A DNA stretch of 64,000 nucleotides from Planctomycetota bacterium (GTDB lineage: Bacteria > Planctomycetota > B15-G4 > SIAN01). The position numbers and the translations under genes were made by a program. The stretch spans positions 64,001 through 128,000 of the forward strand of contig JANNXA010000055.1 in the NCBI GenBank assembly GCA_031409275.1. Reading direction: 5' to 3'. Under the pieces are notes generated by a model. That model was not told the DNA's origin. It saw only the letters and a program-made list of their open reading frames with translations, and ran no database searches. Below, one piece after another: positions 10,176 to 20,142 of this stretch (positions within the stretch are counted from its first letter, which is position 1; each line of letters starts with the position of its first letter).

Positions 10176-10865
10176 TTGCAGGCGACCGTGGCCGCCCACG
10201 ACGAACCGCCCATCTCCGTCCGCGCCTACGCGCGCCGACGCGGAGTGAGCCACACTGCCGTGCAGCGCGCGATCGCCGATGGCCGCCTCGTGCGTTCGGT
10301 GCTCCGCGTCGGCGACGGGATGGCTCAGATCCTCCCGACCCTGGCGGATCGCGAATGGGACCGACGCACGAGCCCGGCGTTCAGCCGAATCGGCGAGCCG
10401 CACGCGACGCCACCACGACTCCCGATTGCGCCGCGCCCGGTCGCTCCTGCAGCACCGATCGCGCCGCGCCCAGATCCGCGCCCCGACGCACGCGGCGGCC
10501 CCGACGACTACCGCCGGACGCTCGTCGTCGAAAAGGTGGTCAAGACGCGGCTCGCGCAGGTCCAGCTCGACGAGCAGCTTGGCCGCTTGATCGACGCGAC
10601 CGACGCCGGCGACGCGCAGTTCGAGATCGCGCGCCTCGTCCGCAACCAGATCCAGGAACTGCCGGATCGGCTCGCGGGTGAACTCGCGCTCGAGAGCGAC
10701 GCGCATCGCGTACGCGAAATCCTCGCCCGCGAGATCGACGACGTGCTGCGCAAGCTCGCAACCCGGCTGCGGACGTTGGCGGCCACAGCCGGATCGGCAG
10801 CTGCCGGCGCGGCGCCAGGTCGCACCGCCACCGCGCCGGCGCCCACCGCCATGCCAGTGCAGTAG
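10176..10865 (+). CDS. terS: Probable terminase small subunit (Nu1-like HTH)
   Basis: N-terminal HTH SVRAYARRRGVSHTAVQRAIADGRL; C-terminal coiled region VRNQIQELPDRLAGELALESDAHRVREIL; immediately upstream of terL. Confidence 0.75.
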   Translation: MQATVAAHDEPPISVRAYARRRGVSHTAVQRAIADGRLVRSVLRVGDGMAQILPTLADREWDRRTSPAFSRIGEPHATPPRLPIAPRPVAPAAPIAPRPDPRPDARGGPDDYRRTLVVEKVVKTRLAQVQLDEQLGRLIDATDAGDAQFEIARLVRNQIQELPDRLAGELALESDAHRVREILAREIDDVLRKLATRLRTLAATAGSAAAGAAPGRTATAPAPTAMPVQ

Positions 10866-10893
10866 GTCTTCGAATTCGCTGGAGGACGCCCGC

Positions 10894-12831
10894 GTGTCGA
10901 CCGCCCTCGAGCTCTTCGCCACTCGCTGGTCCGACGGCCTCATGCCCGACGAGAAGACCTCGATCTGCGCCTGGATCGAAGAGCACATCGTCCTCTCCGA
11001 CGGCGAGACCAGCGCGCCCGGCCCCTACCGCTTCCGCCGTGCGCCGTACATGCGTGACGTGCTCGAGGCACTTTCCCCCGACTCGCCGGTACAGCGCGTC
11101 CTCGGCATGAAGGGCGGCCAACTGGGCTGGACGATCGGCGCTGCGGCCTACGTCGGCTTCCTCATCTGCCAAGCGCCGCGCACGATCCTCTTCGTCTCGC
11201 CCACGGTCGACCTCGCGAAGCGCGCGTCGCGGCGCAAGGTTGGACCGATCTTCGAGCAGTCGGACGTGCTGCGCGATCGTGTCCGCGCATCGATCAGCCG
11301 CCGCTCTGGCAACACGACGCTGATGAAGGAGTTCTTGGGCGGGGCGCTGATTTTCGCCGGCGCGAACTCGGGCGCGGGGCTGCGCCAGACCTCGGCGGCG
11401 GTCGCCATCCTCGACGAGATCGACATCTACCCCGCGTCGCTCCCTGGCGAGGGCGACCCAGTGCTCCTCGCCGAACGCGCGACCAAGACGTTTCCGCGCC
11501 GCAAGCACCTCTACATTTCAACGCCGACCATCGCCGGTCGCTCGCGCATCGAGGAACTTTTCGAGCAGTCGGACCAGAGCCGCTACTTCGTGCCGTGTCC
11601 GCTTTGCGGGCACTTCCAACGACTGGTGTTCACGGACAAGGAGACCGGCCGGCACGCGCTGCGTTGGGAGGGCATGCCGCCGGATCTCAAGGTCTGGTAC
11701 GAGTGCGAAGCGTGCAGCCAGCCGATCGAGGAAGGCAAGAAGGCGTGGATGCTTGAGCGCGGCGAGTGGCGGGCGGCGGTACCGGCGCTCTCGAGCCGCT
11801 TCCGAGGCTTTCAGATTTCATCGCTCTACGCCGCGCCCGGCACGTTTTCGTGGACCGACGTCGTCGAGCAGTTCCTGGCCGCAAAGCAGGACGTCGAGAA
11901 GCTGCGCGTCTTCGTGAACCAGGTTCTCGGCGAGACCTGGGAAGAGCGCGGGGACGCGCCACCGTGGGAGGACCTTTACCGGCGGCGCGAGGTCTATCCA
12001 CGCGGCGTGGTGCCGATCGGCGGGCTCGTGCTCACCGCCGGCGCCGACGTGCAGCGCGACCGCATCGAAGTCGAGGTCGTGGCCTGGGGCGCCGGGCTCG
12101 AGTCCTGGTCGATCGACTACATCGTGATCGCCGGCGACTCGGCGACCGAAGCACCGTGGCGTGAACTCGACCGCATTTTCGATCGCCAGTGGAAGCACGC
12201 CGGCGGCCTACATCTGAAGATCCGCGCGCTCGCCGTCGACTCCGGCTTCGAGACCCAGGGCGTCTACAACTGGGTGCGCCGCAAGTCGGCCGACAGCGTG
12301 TTCGCAGTGAAGGGTTCGGATGCGGTGCCAGCGCTCGTCGGGCAACCAACCTACGTCGACTTCACCTGGCGCGGGAAGAAGGCGTACCGCGCGATCCGGC
12401 TCTGGCATGTCGGGGTCAGCGTCGCCAAGCGCGAGCTCTACGGCTGGCTACGGCTGCCGGTCCCGCTGAACGTGGCGAAGGGTGAGCCGTACCCCGCCGG
12501 CTTCGCGCACTTCCCGGAGTACTCCGAAGAGCACTTCAAGCAGCTGACGGCCGAGCAGCTGGTCGCACGCGCCCGCAAGCGCGACCACACGCTCGCCTAC
12601 GTCTGGACCAAGAAGCATGAGCGCAACGAGGCGCTCGACGCCCGCATCTACGCGCGCGCTGCCGCAGCGATCCTCGGCCTCGACCGCAATACCGACGCCG
12701 ACTGGAAGCAACTGGCCGCAGCGCTCGTGCGGCCAGAGGTCACGCCGGTGCGACCTGCGCCGAACCGTGGGCGCCCGCGCCGAGAGGGGTACTTCACCTC
12801 GCACCAAGACGGACGGTTTTTCGGCGACTGA
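10894..12831 (+). CDS. terL: Phage terminase large subunit, lambda GpA family
   Basis: GTG 10894 after GGAGG. ATPase motifs APYMRDVL, MKGGQLGWT, ILDEID and ISTPT; CPLCGH/CEAC; nuclease motifs GADVQ, VDSG and NEALD. ORF appears intact. Confidence 0.92.
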   Translation: MSTALELFATRWSDGLMPDEKTSICAWIEEHIVLSDGETSAPGPYRFRRAPYMRDVLEALSPDSPVQRVLGMKGGQLGWTIGAAAYVGFLICQAPRTILFVSPTVDLAKRASRRKVGPIFEQSDVLRDRVRASISRRSGNTTLMKEFLGGALIFAGANSGAGLRQTSAAVAILDEIDIYPASLPGEGDPVLLAERATKTFPRRKHLYISTPTIAGRSRIEELFEQSDQSRYFVPCPLCGHFQRLVFTDKETGRHALRWEGMPPDLKVWYECEACSQPIEEGKKAWMLERGEWRAAVPALSSRFRGFQISSLYAAPGTFSWTDVVEQFLAAKQDVEKLRVFVNQVLGETWEERGDAPPWEDLYRRREVYPRGVVPIGGLVLTAGADVQRDRIEVEVVAWGAGLESWSIDYIVIAGDSATEAPWRELDRIFDRQWKHAGGLHLKIRALAVDSGFETQGVYNWVRRKSADSVFAVKGSDAVPALVGQPTYVDFTWRGKKAYRAIRLWHVGVSVAKRELYGWLRLPVPLNVAKGEPYPAGFAHFPEYSEEHFKQLTAEQLVARARKRDHTLAYVWTKKHERNEALDARIYARAAAAILGLDRNTDADWKQLAAALVRPEVTPVRPAPNRGRPRREGYFTSHQDGRFFGD

Positions 12832-12935
12832 GGGCACGTTCGCCGCAACCGAAGGGTCGTTGGGGGGCAGGGCGGATCGGGTCCGGCCGATGCTCTGGGG
12901 TGGGCACCGACCGCGAATCGGAGCGCGGGATGGAC

Positions 12936-13116
12936 TGGCAACCTGGGAGTGGCACGTTGCCACCGGGGCGCCCTAAGTTGCCACCCGCCGCCCTCCGGAG
13001 GCGTCCCCGGAGAACCGTGGCCATCCTCTGGGTGGCAACGCCGAATTCCTGAACCGTTGGTAGCGACGTTCCGCGCGCGAGCGTCACCCCCGGAGAAAAG
13101 AGGGCGGGAAGGACCC
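12936..13116 (-). promoter_or_regulatory. Putative cos packaging site (cosQ/cosN/cosB-like)
   Basis: Minus strand reads GGGTCCT (13116-13110), an 18-nt spacer, then GGGGGTGACGCTCGCGCGCGGAACGTCGCTA, followed by GTTGCCAC/GTGGCAAC repeats in both orientations. Adjacent to a GpA-type terL. Confidence 0.6.
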
Positions 13117-13321
13117 AACGTGGGGGGCATGGGGCCGGCTCGCCCGGGCGCCCGCGTCGCGCACGACGTTGGCTCGTGGCGCGCACCTCCCGCGAGCGCC
13201 TGCAAAGTGCGACGGATGTTGCAGGGCATCATCCTGCGTCTCCTTTCCACCGATGCGCCCCCTGCTCTTCCGTTCTAGTTTTTGGTGGCAGACATTTCTC
13301 GGCATCCGACTGGAGGCGGGC

Positions 13322-14140
13322 GTGAACGAATCCAACACGGGCTCTCGCAAGTCCCCGCGTTCCTCAACGTCTGCGACCCGCCGCCGCACCCGTCGCACCC
13401 AGCCGTCGCCGATCGAGCCCGTGCTCGATAGCTGCTTTCACGCTCTGCGACACTTGGTTCGCATGCAGCGCGCGATCATTCACCTGTCTCGTCCATCTGA
13501 AGGCGCGGTCGCAAACACCGCCGCGATCGAACGCCAGCTTGCTGAATCGTGGGACTTGATCTGGCGCCAGTCACGCGCGTGGTCGACATGGATTGAAGAA
13601 CCGAACGTCTCGAAACTCCTCAACGCCGCCCAAGAGACCACCCGAGAAGTTGCTCGCCTCGCGTTGAGGCTGCACCGTGTCGGAGGTCACATCTTGAGGT
13701 TGTCGGATGTGTTAGATCAGTGCGTGACCATCACGACGATGGATGCGGACGGCAGGACTCCTAAGTCACAGTCGACCGAGCCCATTTGCCTCCAAACCTC
13801 GGCGTCGATGGCCGACATCAAGGCCTACCTGGCTCAAGTCGATCTACCGTCGCTTCAAGCCGCCGCCGACGAGCTTCGGCTTCGGTTGGTCGGCAGCTTC
13901 GTGCCAACGAGAAACCAACGTCGGCTGCACGAAACACTGACGGCCCATGGTCCGCTGAAAAAGGAGGCACTGGCGGCGCGATTGAAAGCGGACCCGTCGA
14001 AGTTGTACGACCGCTGGGGGCTTACGCAGCTGATGGACCTTGAATACGTCGCTTCCGGTTCAGATGGTTACTCCGCCATCGGCGAGTTACCGCGTGCTTC
14101 GCCTCGGGCGAAAAACCGACGGAGCTTGGCCCCAATCTGA
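13322..14140 (+). CDS. Hypothetical protein, possible C-terminal winged-HTH
   Basis: GTG after GGAGG; C-terminal PTRNQRRLHETLTAHGPLKKEALAARLK resembles a wHTH. Confidence 0.5.
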   Translation: MNESNTGSRKSPRSSTSATRRRTRRTQPSPIEPVLDSCFHALRHLVRMQRAIIHLSRPSEGAVANTAAIERQLAESWDLIWRQSRAWSTWIEEPNVSKLLNAAQETTREVARLALRLHRVGGHILRLSDVLDQCVTITTMDADGRTPKSQSTEPICLQTSASMADIKAYLAQVDLPSLQAAADELRLRLVGSFVPTRNQRRLHETLTAHGPLKKEALAARLKADPSKLYDRWGLTQLMDLEYVASGSDGYSAIGELPRASPRAKNRRSLAPI

Positions 14141-14262
14141 CCCCCATCGCTCCGGGGGAATCGCCGAAGTCCGAGACCTAAAGTGCCTCCTGACGTCGTC
14201 GTTCACATCGTCTTTGCTTTCCCTCGCTCGCCCAGCGAATCGCTGGCGACCGGGGGCAAACG

Positions 14263-14574
14263 ATGGCCAACGATGAACCGCTCATCACGCTCGCTCTGGC
14301 TGCCAAGCTTCAATGGCTGCCGCGACGGCGCAAGGGCGCCCGGCCGCACCTAACCACCCTCCTGCGTTGGGTGAAAGTCGGAATCGCCGGCATCCGACTC
14401 AGGGCTTGGCGGGTCGGCAACGCCTGGTGCACAACCGAAGGCAGCCTTCGAGAGTTCTTCGCTGAACTCGCCGTCTCGCCAAAGATCTCCGTCGCGCTCG
14501 GCGACGACCGCACAGCCGGGGTTGCGCGACGACGACTCCTGACGCGTGCGCAGAGTGACGGCACCGATGCCTGA
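14263..14574 (+). CDS. Excisionase-like HTH protein (DUF1580-like)
   Basis: LPRRRKGARPHLTTLLRWVKVGIAGIRLRAWRVGNAWCTTEGSLREFF; upstream of the primase. Confidence 0.75.
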   Translation: MANDEPLITLALAAKLQWLPRRRKGARPHLTTLLRWVKVGIAGIRLRAWRVGNAWCTTEGSLREFFAELAVSPKISVALGDDRTAGVARRRLLTRAQSDGTDA

Positions 14575-17047
14575 GCTCGCTCACGTTCGACGGTTGCTCA
14601 ATCTTCTCGAGAACGCCAAACCGGCTGGCGCTCAGTGGAAGGCGCGTTGTCCAGCCCATGAGGACAAGAGTCCCTCCCTCTCGATCTGCATCGGCAGCGG
14701 CGGGATGGTTCTCCTGAAGTGCTTCGCCGGCTGCACCGTCGAGAGCGTAGTCTCCAAGCTGAACCTCACGCTGCGCGACCTCCGGCCGGACGACGGCGCC
14801 GACACGCGGCCGCCCGCGCGCAGCAGGACGAGGCGGGCGACGCCGGCCTTCGCGACGCTCGACGAGGCTGCGCAGCGGGCGACGCCCAGACGTTACAAGC
14901 TCGTCGCGACCTGGACCTATCACGACGCCGACGGCAGGGATGCGTTCTGGGTCTGCCGCTACAACGCGGTCGTCCCGCCGAAGGACAGCGCGAAGCCCAA
15001 CAAGACGTTTCGGCCGATACATCGAACTGCCGAGGGATTCGTAGTCCGCGATCCGCCCGGCATGTTGCCGCTCTACCGCCTCCCCGACCTGCGCGCGGCA
15101 CCGGCTGCGACCGTCTTCCTCCCCGAGGGCGAGCGGAAGGCTGACCTGCTCGCCTCTCTCGGGCTCGTCGCGACGACGACGGCGCACGGTGCCGAGTCGC
15201 CGAAGAAGACCGACTTGTCGGCCCTGGCCGGCCGCGACGTGGTGCTCCTGCCCGACAACGACGACGCCGGCATGAAGTACGCGCAGGTGATCGTCGCGCT
15301 CCTGCACGCCCTCACGCCGCACGCCAAGGTGCGCATCGTCCACCTCCCCGACCTGCCGGCGAAGGGCGACGCGGTCGAGTTCATCATCGACCGCCGCGCG
15401 AAGGGCAAGAGCGACGTCGAGATCCGCCGCGAGATCGATGAGCACGCGGCAAACGCGAGCGTGGTGCCATGTCCGCCACACGCATCGCGAGCTCGTCCAC
15501 GAGTGGCGTCTCGAGACGGCGGGCTACCACGCATTATCGTGACCGATCGCCCCCTGCGCGACATCGTCGACGACGCCGTGCGCGCGATCGACGCGCAAAA
15601 CCATCCACCTGTCATCTTTCAGCAGTCGGGATCCGTGGTACGCGTCTGCATTGACGACCACGAAACTCCAATCATCCAACGGATGGACGAAGCACGGATG
15701 ATCGAGGCGCTGACGCGCGCGTCCGATCTGTTCAAGGTCCTCAAGAAGGAATTCGTCCACGTCTCGCCATCAAAGGTCGTCGCGCAGACCATCCTGGCAC
15801 TCAAGACGTTTCCCTTCCCATCGCTCGAAGCAATCACCGAGATCCCGGTTCTGCGCTCGAGCGGCACAATCCTTTCGACGCCGGGCTACGACCCCGAGAC
15901 CCGTCTCCTCTACTCCCCGGCTTCGGGGCTGACGGTTCCCGTAGTCCCCGAATCGCCGGACGCGGACCAGATCGCCGCAGCGAGCGCGCTGCTCCGCGAA
16001 GTCATCTGCGATTTTCCGTTCGCCGACAACGCCAGTCGCACGAACGCGGTCGCGCTCATGCTGACGCCAACCCTGCGTCCGGCGATCGACGGCCACGTAC
16101 CTCTCGCGATCGCCGACGCGCCGCGCATGGGCACCGGCAAGTCGCTCCTGGTGTCGGCGAACGCGCTGATTAGCACTGGGCGGGCGGCCGCGATGATGAG
16201 CGTGCCGGAGAACGAGGCGGAATGGCGCAAGCAGCTCACGAGCGTGTTGGCGACCGGCGACACGTACGTCACCATCGACAACGTCGAGGGCGTACTGCGG
16301 TCGCCCAGCCTCTCGCGTTTCCTCACCTGTAGCACATGGGTGGACCGGCTCTTGGGCGGCAACGACCGGCCCAAGTTGCCGCAACGCACGACCTGCTGCG
16401 CGAACGGCAACAACGTACAGGTGCTGGGGGATCTCCGGCGGCGCTGCTACCGCATCCGGCTGGATGCGCAGCTGGCGAAACCGTGGACGCGGAGCGGCTT
16501 TCGCCACCCTGAGCTACTCGCTTGGGTCACCATCAACCGAGGCGCGATCCTCGCCGCAATCCTCACTCTCGCGCGAGCGTGGTTTGCGGCGGGAAGGCCG
16601 TCCTCCAACGGAGCTCGATTCGGAGGCTTCGACGGCTGGGCGAAGACCGTCGGCGGCGTGCTCATCCGCGCCGGCTTTGAGGACTTCCTCGGCAATCAAG
16701 ACGAGTTCTTCGAGCAGATAAGCAGCGAGGACACCGAGTGGGAGGTGTTCCTCGCGACCTGGCGCGATGTGTTCGGATCGACTCCGATCACGGTCGCACA
16801 ACTCGTCGAGCGCATCCAGATCGACGACAAGTTGAAGGGGGCGCTTCCTGGCCCCCTCGCGGAGTACATCCCGGCGGCACCGGGGAGAAACCTCGCAATG
16901 CGCCTGGGCAAGGCGCTCGTCGCGCGCTGCGACACGCGGTACGGCGAGCAGGGGTTCCACCTCCGCCGCGCAAGCCGCGACGCCCACGCCAAGACGAACT
17001 GCTGGCGCGTGGTGACCAACCAGGAGGCGCACCATGAGCAGGTCTAG
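14567..17047 (+). CDS. Replication primase-helicase (Zn-binding, TOPRIM and P-loop domains)
   Basis: ARCPAHEDKSPSL...KCFAGC zinc finger; PEGERKAD...LPDND TOPRIM; KGDAVEF; APRMGTGKS Walker A; IDNV; NGNN; DLRRR. Confidence 0.85.
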   Translation: MPELAHVRRLLNLLENAKPAGAQWKARCPAHEDKSPSLSICIGSGGMVLLKCFAGCTVESVVSKLNLTLRDLRPDDGADTRPPARSRTRRATPAFATLDEAAQRATPRRYKLVATWTYHDADGRDAFWVCRYNAVVPPKDSAKPNKTFRPIHRTAEGFVVRDPPGMLPLYRLPDLRAAPAATVFLPEGERKADLLASLGLVATTTAHGAESPKKTDLSALAGRDVVLLPDNDDAGMKYAQVIVALLHALTPHAKVRIVHLPDLPAKGDAVEFIIDRRAKGKSDVEIRREIDEHAANASVVPCPPHASRARPRVASRDGGLPRIIVTDRPLRDIVDDAVRAIDAQNHPPVIFQQSGSVVRVCIDDHETPIIQRMDEARMIEALTRASDLFKVLKKEFVHVSPSKVVAQTILALKTFPFPSLEAITEIPVLRSSGTILSTPGYDPETRLLYSPASGLTVPVVPESPDADQIAAASALLREVICDFPFADNASRTNAVALMLTPTLRPAIDGHVPLAIADAPRMGTGKSLLVSANALISTGRAAAMMSVPENEAEWRKQLTSVLATGDTYVTIDNVEGVLRSPSLSRFLTCSTWVDRLLGGNDRPKLPQRTTCCANGNNVQVLGDLRRRCYRIRLDAQLAKPWTRSGFRHPELLAWVTINRGAILAAILTLARAWFAAGRPSSNGARFGGFDGWAKTVGGVLIRAGFEDFLGNQDEFFEQISSEDTEWEVFLATWRDVFGSTPITVAQLVERIQIDDKLKGALPGPLAEYIPAAPGRNLAMRLGKALVARCDTRYGEQGFHLRRASRDAHAKTNCWRVVTNQEAHHEQV

Positions 17048-17051
17048 ATTC

Positions 17052-17168
17052 TGCGGGGCTTGCGGAGGTTGCGGGGCTTGTTTTCGCGCATTCCCATGTG
17101 AATTCACCACCTCGGTTTTCTTTCGCGCGACGAGTGAAACAACCACCGCAAGACCCGCAAGACCCGCA
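17052..17168. repeat. Two inverted sets of three 9-bp repeats (probable iteron replication origin)
   Basis: TGCGGGGCT-TGCGGAGGT-TGCGGGGCT (17052-17078) facing ACCACCGCA-AGACCCGCA-AGACCCGCA (17142-17168) across a relatively AT-rich spacer, right after the primase stop. Confidence 0.7.
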
Positions 17169-17263
17169 GTCCAGATCGTGCCTCCGTCTGGCGTACCTCG
17201 GCGTGCGGCCGCCGTCGGCGTTTGCGCCCACCAGCTCATCCGCCACCATCGAGCCGGCGTGCG

Positions 17264-17560
17264 ATGACAGACATTTTGCGCGTCTCCAACTTTCGCTTCA
17301 CCGCGAGAAACGAGGCCACTGCCAAGGCCGACCGTCTCGGCCGCCTCGCGTTCGACGTCGGCCCGCTCCATGTCAGCGGCGTGCAACTCCATCGATCCGC
17401 TGACGGCCGGATCCACCTCTCGTTCCGGAGCTTCGGCCGCATCGACCGGCGCGGCCGCCAGCACCTCGGGCTACGCCCCAAGGACGACGACGCTCGCCTC
17501 GCCTTGGAGATCGCGATCTTCACCGCGCTGCGAATCAGGTCGGAGGAGGCGGCGCGATGA
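17264..17560 (+). CDS. Small hypothetical protein, possibly SpoVG-like nucleic-acid binder
   Basis: GRLAFDVGPLHVSGVQLHRSADGRIHLSF pattern; ATGA coupling to neighbouring ORFs. Confidence 0.5.
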   Translation: MTDILRVSNFRFTARNEATAKADRLGRLAFDVGPLHVSGVQLHRSADGRIHLSFRSFGRIDRRGRQHLGLRPKDDDARLALEIAIFTALRIRSEEAAR

Positions 17561-17766
17561 ACATCACCGTTTACGCGCCAGAGGCGATGAAGCCCTCTGA
17601 TCGCAAGACCGAAATCGCGGCCCTTCTCGCGATCGCGTTCGTCCGTCTGCTCGCCCGCCGGAACGGCCTTGCAATGACCTCCCGAGGCGAGCCCTCATGC
17701 ACCACGGTTGACGGCCGGGAGAGGCGGGGTCGCCTCGCGCCGACGACCAGGAGGGAGGTCCGATGA
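17557..17766 (+). CDS. Small hypothetical protein
   Basis: GGAGG SD; ATGA overlaps at both ends; EIAALLAIAFVRL motif commonly seen upstream of DUF2924 genes. Confidence 0.6.
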   Translation: MNITVYAPEAMKPSDRKTEIAALLAIAFVRLLARRNGLAMTSRGEPSCTTVDGRERRGRLAPTTRREVR

Positions 17767-18224
17767 CGAAAACGATGCAGCAGGAGATCGCCGCGTTGCA
17801 CGCGCTCGACGTGCCCGCGCTGGTCGCGCGGTTCGGCGAGTTGTTCGGCAAGCCGCCACGGTCGAAGCACCGCGCGTGGCTGCTGAAGAGGTGCGCCCAT
17901 CAGCTCCAACTCGCGCGCTGCGGCGGGCTCTCGGAGGTCGCGCGGAAGCGTCTCGCCGAGCTGATGGCCGAGATCGACTTGCCGATCGAGCCGGTAGACG
18001 CGACGACCGGCACGCTCGCGCGCGCGAAGCAGCGCGGGCTCACGCTCGGGACGACCTACACGCGCATCTGGCGGGATCGCGAGGTCCGCGTCGTGGTCGT
18101 CGACGGCGGGTTTGAGCACGAGGGCATCGTCCACAAGAGCCTGAGCGCCGCCGTGCGCGCGATCACCGGTGCGAAGTGGAACCCGTCGATCTTCTTCGGT
18201 CTCAAGTCGAGGAAGACCACGTGA
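17763..18224 (+). CDS. DUF2924 domain protein
   Basis: ELFGKPP...AHQLQ...GGLS...GTTYTRIWR...GFEHEG...KSLSAAVRAITGAKWNPSIFFGL. Confidence 0.85.
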   Translation: MTKTMQQEIAALHALDVPALVARFGELFGKPPRSKHRAWLLKRCAHQLQLARCGGLSEVARKRLAELMAEIDLPIEPVDATTGTLARAKQRGLTLGTTYTRIWRDREVRVVVVDGGFEHEGIVHKSLSAAVRAITGAKWNPSIFFGLKSRKTT

Positions 18225-19804
18225 GGCCGAACGCGACGAGCACGCGCAAGCTATCGCGCAACGGCGTGCCGCCCGCGACGAAGCGCGTCGCGATCTACAC
18301 GCGCCAGAGCGTCGATCGCGGCGACGAGTACGGCTCGACCGACGCGCAGCGCGAAGCGGTGGCGGCCTACGTCAGCTCGCAGCGCGGCGTTGGCTGGGTT
18401 GCCGTCGAAGCCCGCTACGACGACCTCGGCTTCTCCGGCTCGACGGTCGAGCGGCCGGCGTTCCAACGGCTCCTGCACGATGTCGACGCGGGTGGCGTCG
18501 ACGTGATCGCCGTTTACAAGATCGACCGCCTGTCGCGCTCGCTCCTCGACTTCACGCAGCTGATGCGGCGGTTCGAGCAGAAGGGCGTCGAGTTCGTCAG
18601 CGTGACGCAGCAGTTCAACACGTCGACGTCCGTCGGCCGCATGACGCTGAACTTGCTCGCCACCTTCGCGCAGTTCGAGCGCGAGACGATCAGCGAGCGC
18701 ACGCGAGACAAGATCGCGGCGACGCGGCGGCGCGGTCTCTGGACCGGCGGTCGGCCGGTGCTCGGCTACGACGCCGTCAACGGCAAGCTCGCCGTCAACG
18801 CCGACGAGGCCGCGCGCGTCCGCGCGATCTTCCAGCTCTACCTGGAGCGCGGCTCGCTGCCGACCGTCGTCGAGGAGCTGCGCGCACGCGCCTGGGCGAA
18901 CAAGACCTGGACGAACAAGCACCAGAACCTCGTCCCTGGCCGCGCCTTCGACAAGCTCGGCGTCCGCCGCCTGCTCACAAACCCGCTCTACGTCGGCCGG
19001 ATGACGCTCGGCGACGAGGTCCACGACGGCCAGCACGAGGCGATCGTCGACGCGAAGACGTGGGATGCGGTCCAGGCACTGCTCACGCCGCACGGCCAGG
19101 AGCGGCCGCGCGCGGAACGGAACAAATGGGGCGTGCTGCTGCGCGGGCTGCTGCGCTGCGCGACGTGCGGCTCGGCGATGACGCACCACGTCGCGCACGG
19201 CCGCCGTCGCCGGTACAGCTCTTACGTCTGCGCGAAGTATGCGAAGGAGGGCGCGGCCGCGTGCCCCGGCTCGCGCGTCGCCGTCGGCGAGATCGAGAAG
19301 TACGTCGTCGAGCAGGTCCAGACCGTCGGGTGCGACCCGAAGCTCGTCGTCGCGACGATCGACGCGGCCAAGGCGCGGCTCGCCGCGCGGCGGCCGGAGA
19401 TCGCGGCCTCGTTGGACCAGATCGACCAGGATCGCCAGCGCGCAGAGCGCGAGCGCAAGGACCTCGTCGCGGCGACCCGCAAGGGCGGCGAGGGATCGCA
19501 CGCGCTCGGCGCCCGGCTTGGTGAGGTCGACGAGGCGATCGCCGGAATCGACGCGCGGCAGCTCGACCTCGAAGGCGAGCGCGCGGCGCTCGAAAACGCC
19601 GTGATCGACGGAGCCGACCTGCGCGGCGCGATCTCCGCGTTCGCGCCGGTGTGGGCCGAGCTGACGCCGCGCGAGCGGGCGCGTGCACTCAACCTCTTGA
19701 TCGACCGCATCACGTTCAACGGAACCACCAGCGAGGTCGCGATCACGTTCCGGGCGAACGGGTTCCGCAGTCTCGGCGCTGCCAACAATGGAGGCAACGA
19801 ATGA
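18221..19804 (+). CDS. Large serine recombinase (resolvase, recombinase and Zn-ribbon domains)
   Basis: AIYTRQS catalytic Ser, YDDLGFSG, KIDRLSRS, FAQFERETISER, NPLYVG, LRCATCG...YVC and a coiled coil; GTGA-coupled to DUF2924. Confidence 0.93.
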   Translation: MRPNATSTRKLSRNGVPPATKRVAIYTRQSVDRGDEYGSTDAQREAVAAYVSSQRGVGWVAVEARYDDLGFSGSTVERPAFQRLLHDVDAGGVDVIAVYKIDRLSRSLLDFTQLMRRFEQKGVEFVSVTQQFNTSTSVGRMTLNLLATFAQFERETISERTRDKIAATRRRGLWTGGRPVLGYDAVNGKLAVNADEAARVRAIFQLYLERGSLPTVVEELRARAWANKTWTNKHQNLVPGRAFDKLGVRRLLTNPLYVGRMTLGDEVHDGQHEAIVDAKTWDAVQALLTPHGQERPRAERNKWGVLLRGLLRCATCGSAMTHHVAHGRRRRYSSYVCAKYAKEGAAACPGSRVAVGEIEKYVVEQVQTVGCDPKLVVATIDAAKARLAARRPEIAASLDQIDQDRQRAERERKDLVAATRKGGEGSHALGARLGEVDEAIAGIDARQLDLEGERAALENAVIDGADLRGAISAFAPVWAELTPRERARALNLLIDRITFNGTTSEVAITFRANGFRSLGAANNGGNE

Positions 19805-20142
19805 ACGATCGAGAACCGCTTCCCATCTCAGATGGTCGCGCGACCTACGCCGAGCACGACCGGCGCCCTGCGAAGCCGGCCGCCACGCTCGTTGCGCCTG
19901 ACGTCGTCGTCGAGGATGCACGCGGGCGGGCCTTCCACCTGAGTGCCACGATCGACCGCACCGTGGATGGTTCATACGAGGTCGTCGTGCAGGGCCCGCG
20001 CCCCGATGTTGACGACCGCGCGGCGGTCGCTTGCTTCGGGAGCGATCGCGAAGCGATCGCGGGCGTCCCCGACCTCATGTTCGCTTGGCTCGTCCGCCAC
20101 GGCCGCTCGGTCGGCGCCGAACTTCGGAGGATCACGTCATGA
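19801..20142 (+). CDS. Hypothetical protein
   Basis: ATG after GGAGG, overlapping the recombinase stop. Confidence 0.55.
   Translation: MNDREPLPISDGRATYAEHDRRPAKPAATLVAPDVVVEDARGRAFHLSATIDRTVDGSYEVVVQGPRPDVDDRAAVACFGSDREAIAGVPDLMFAWLVRHGRSVGAELRRITS

Noticed and set aside
8686..12831. Complete prophage
   Set aside because: No portal, capsid, tail or lysis genes are recognisable in the window.
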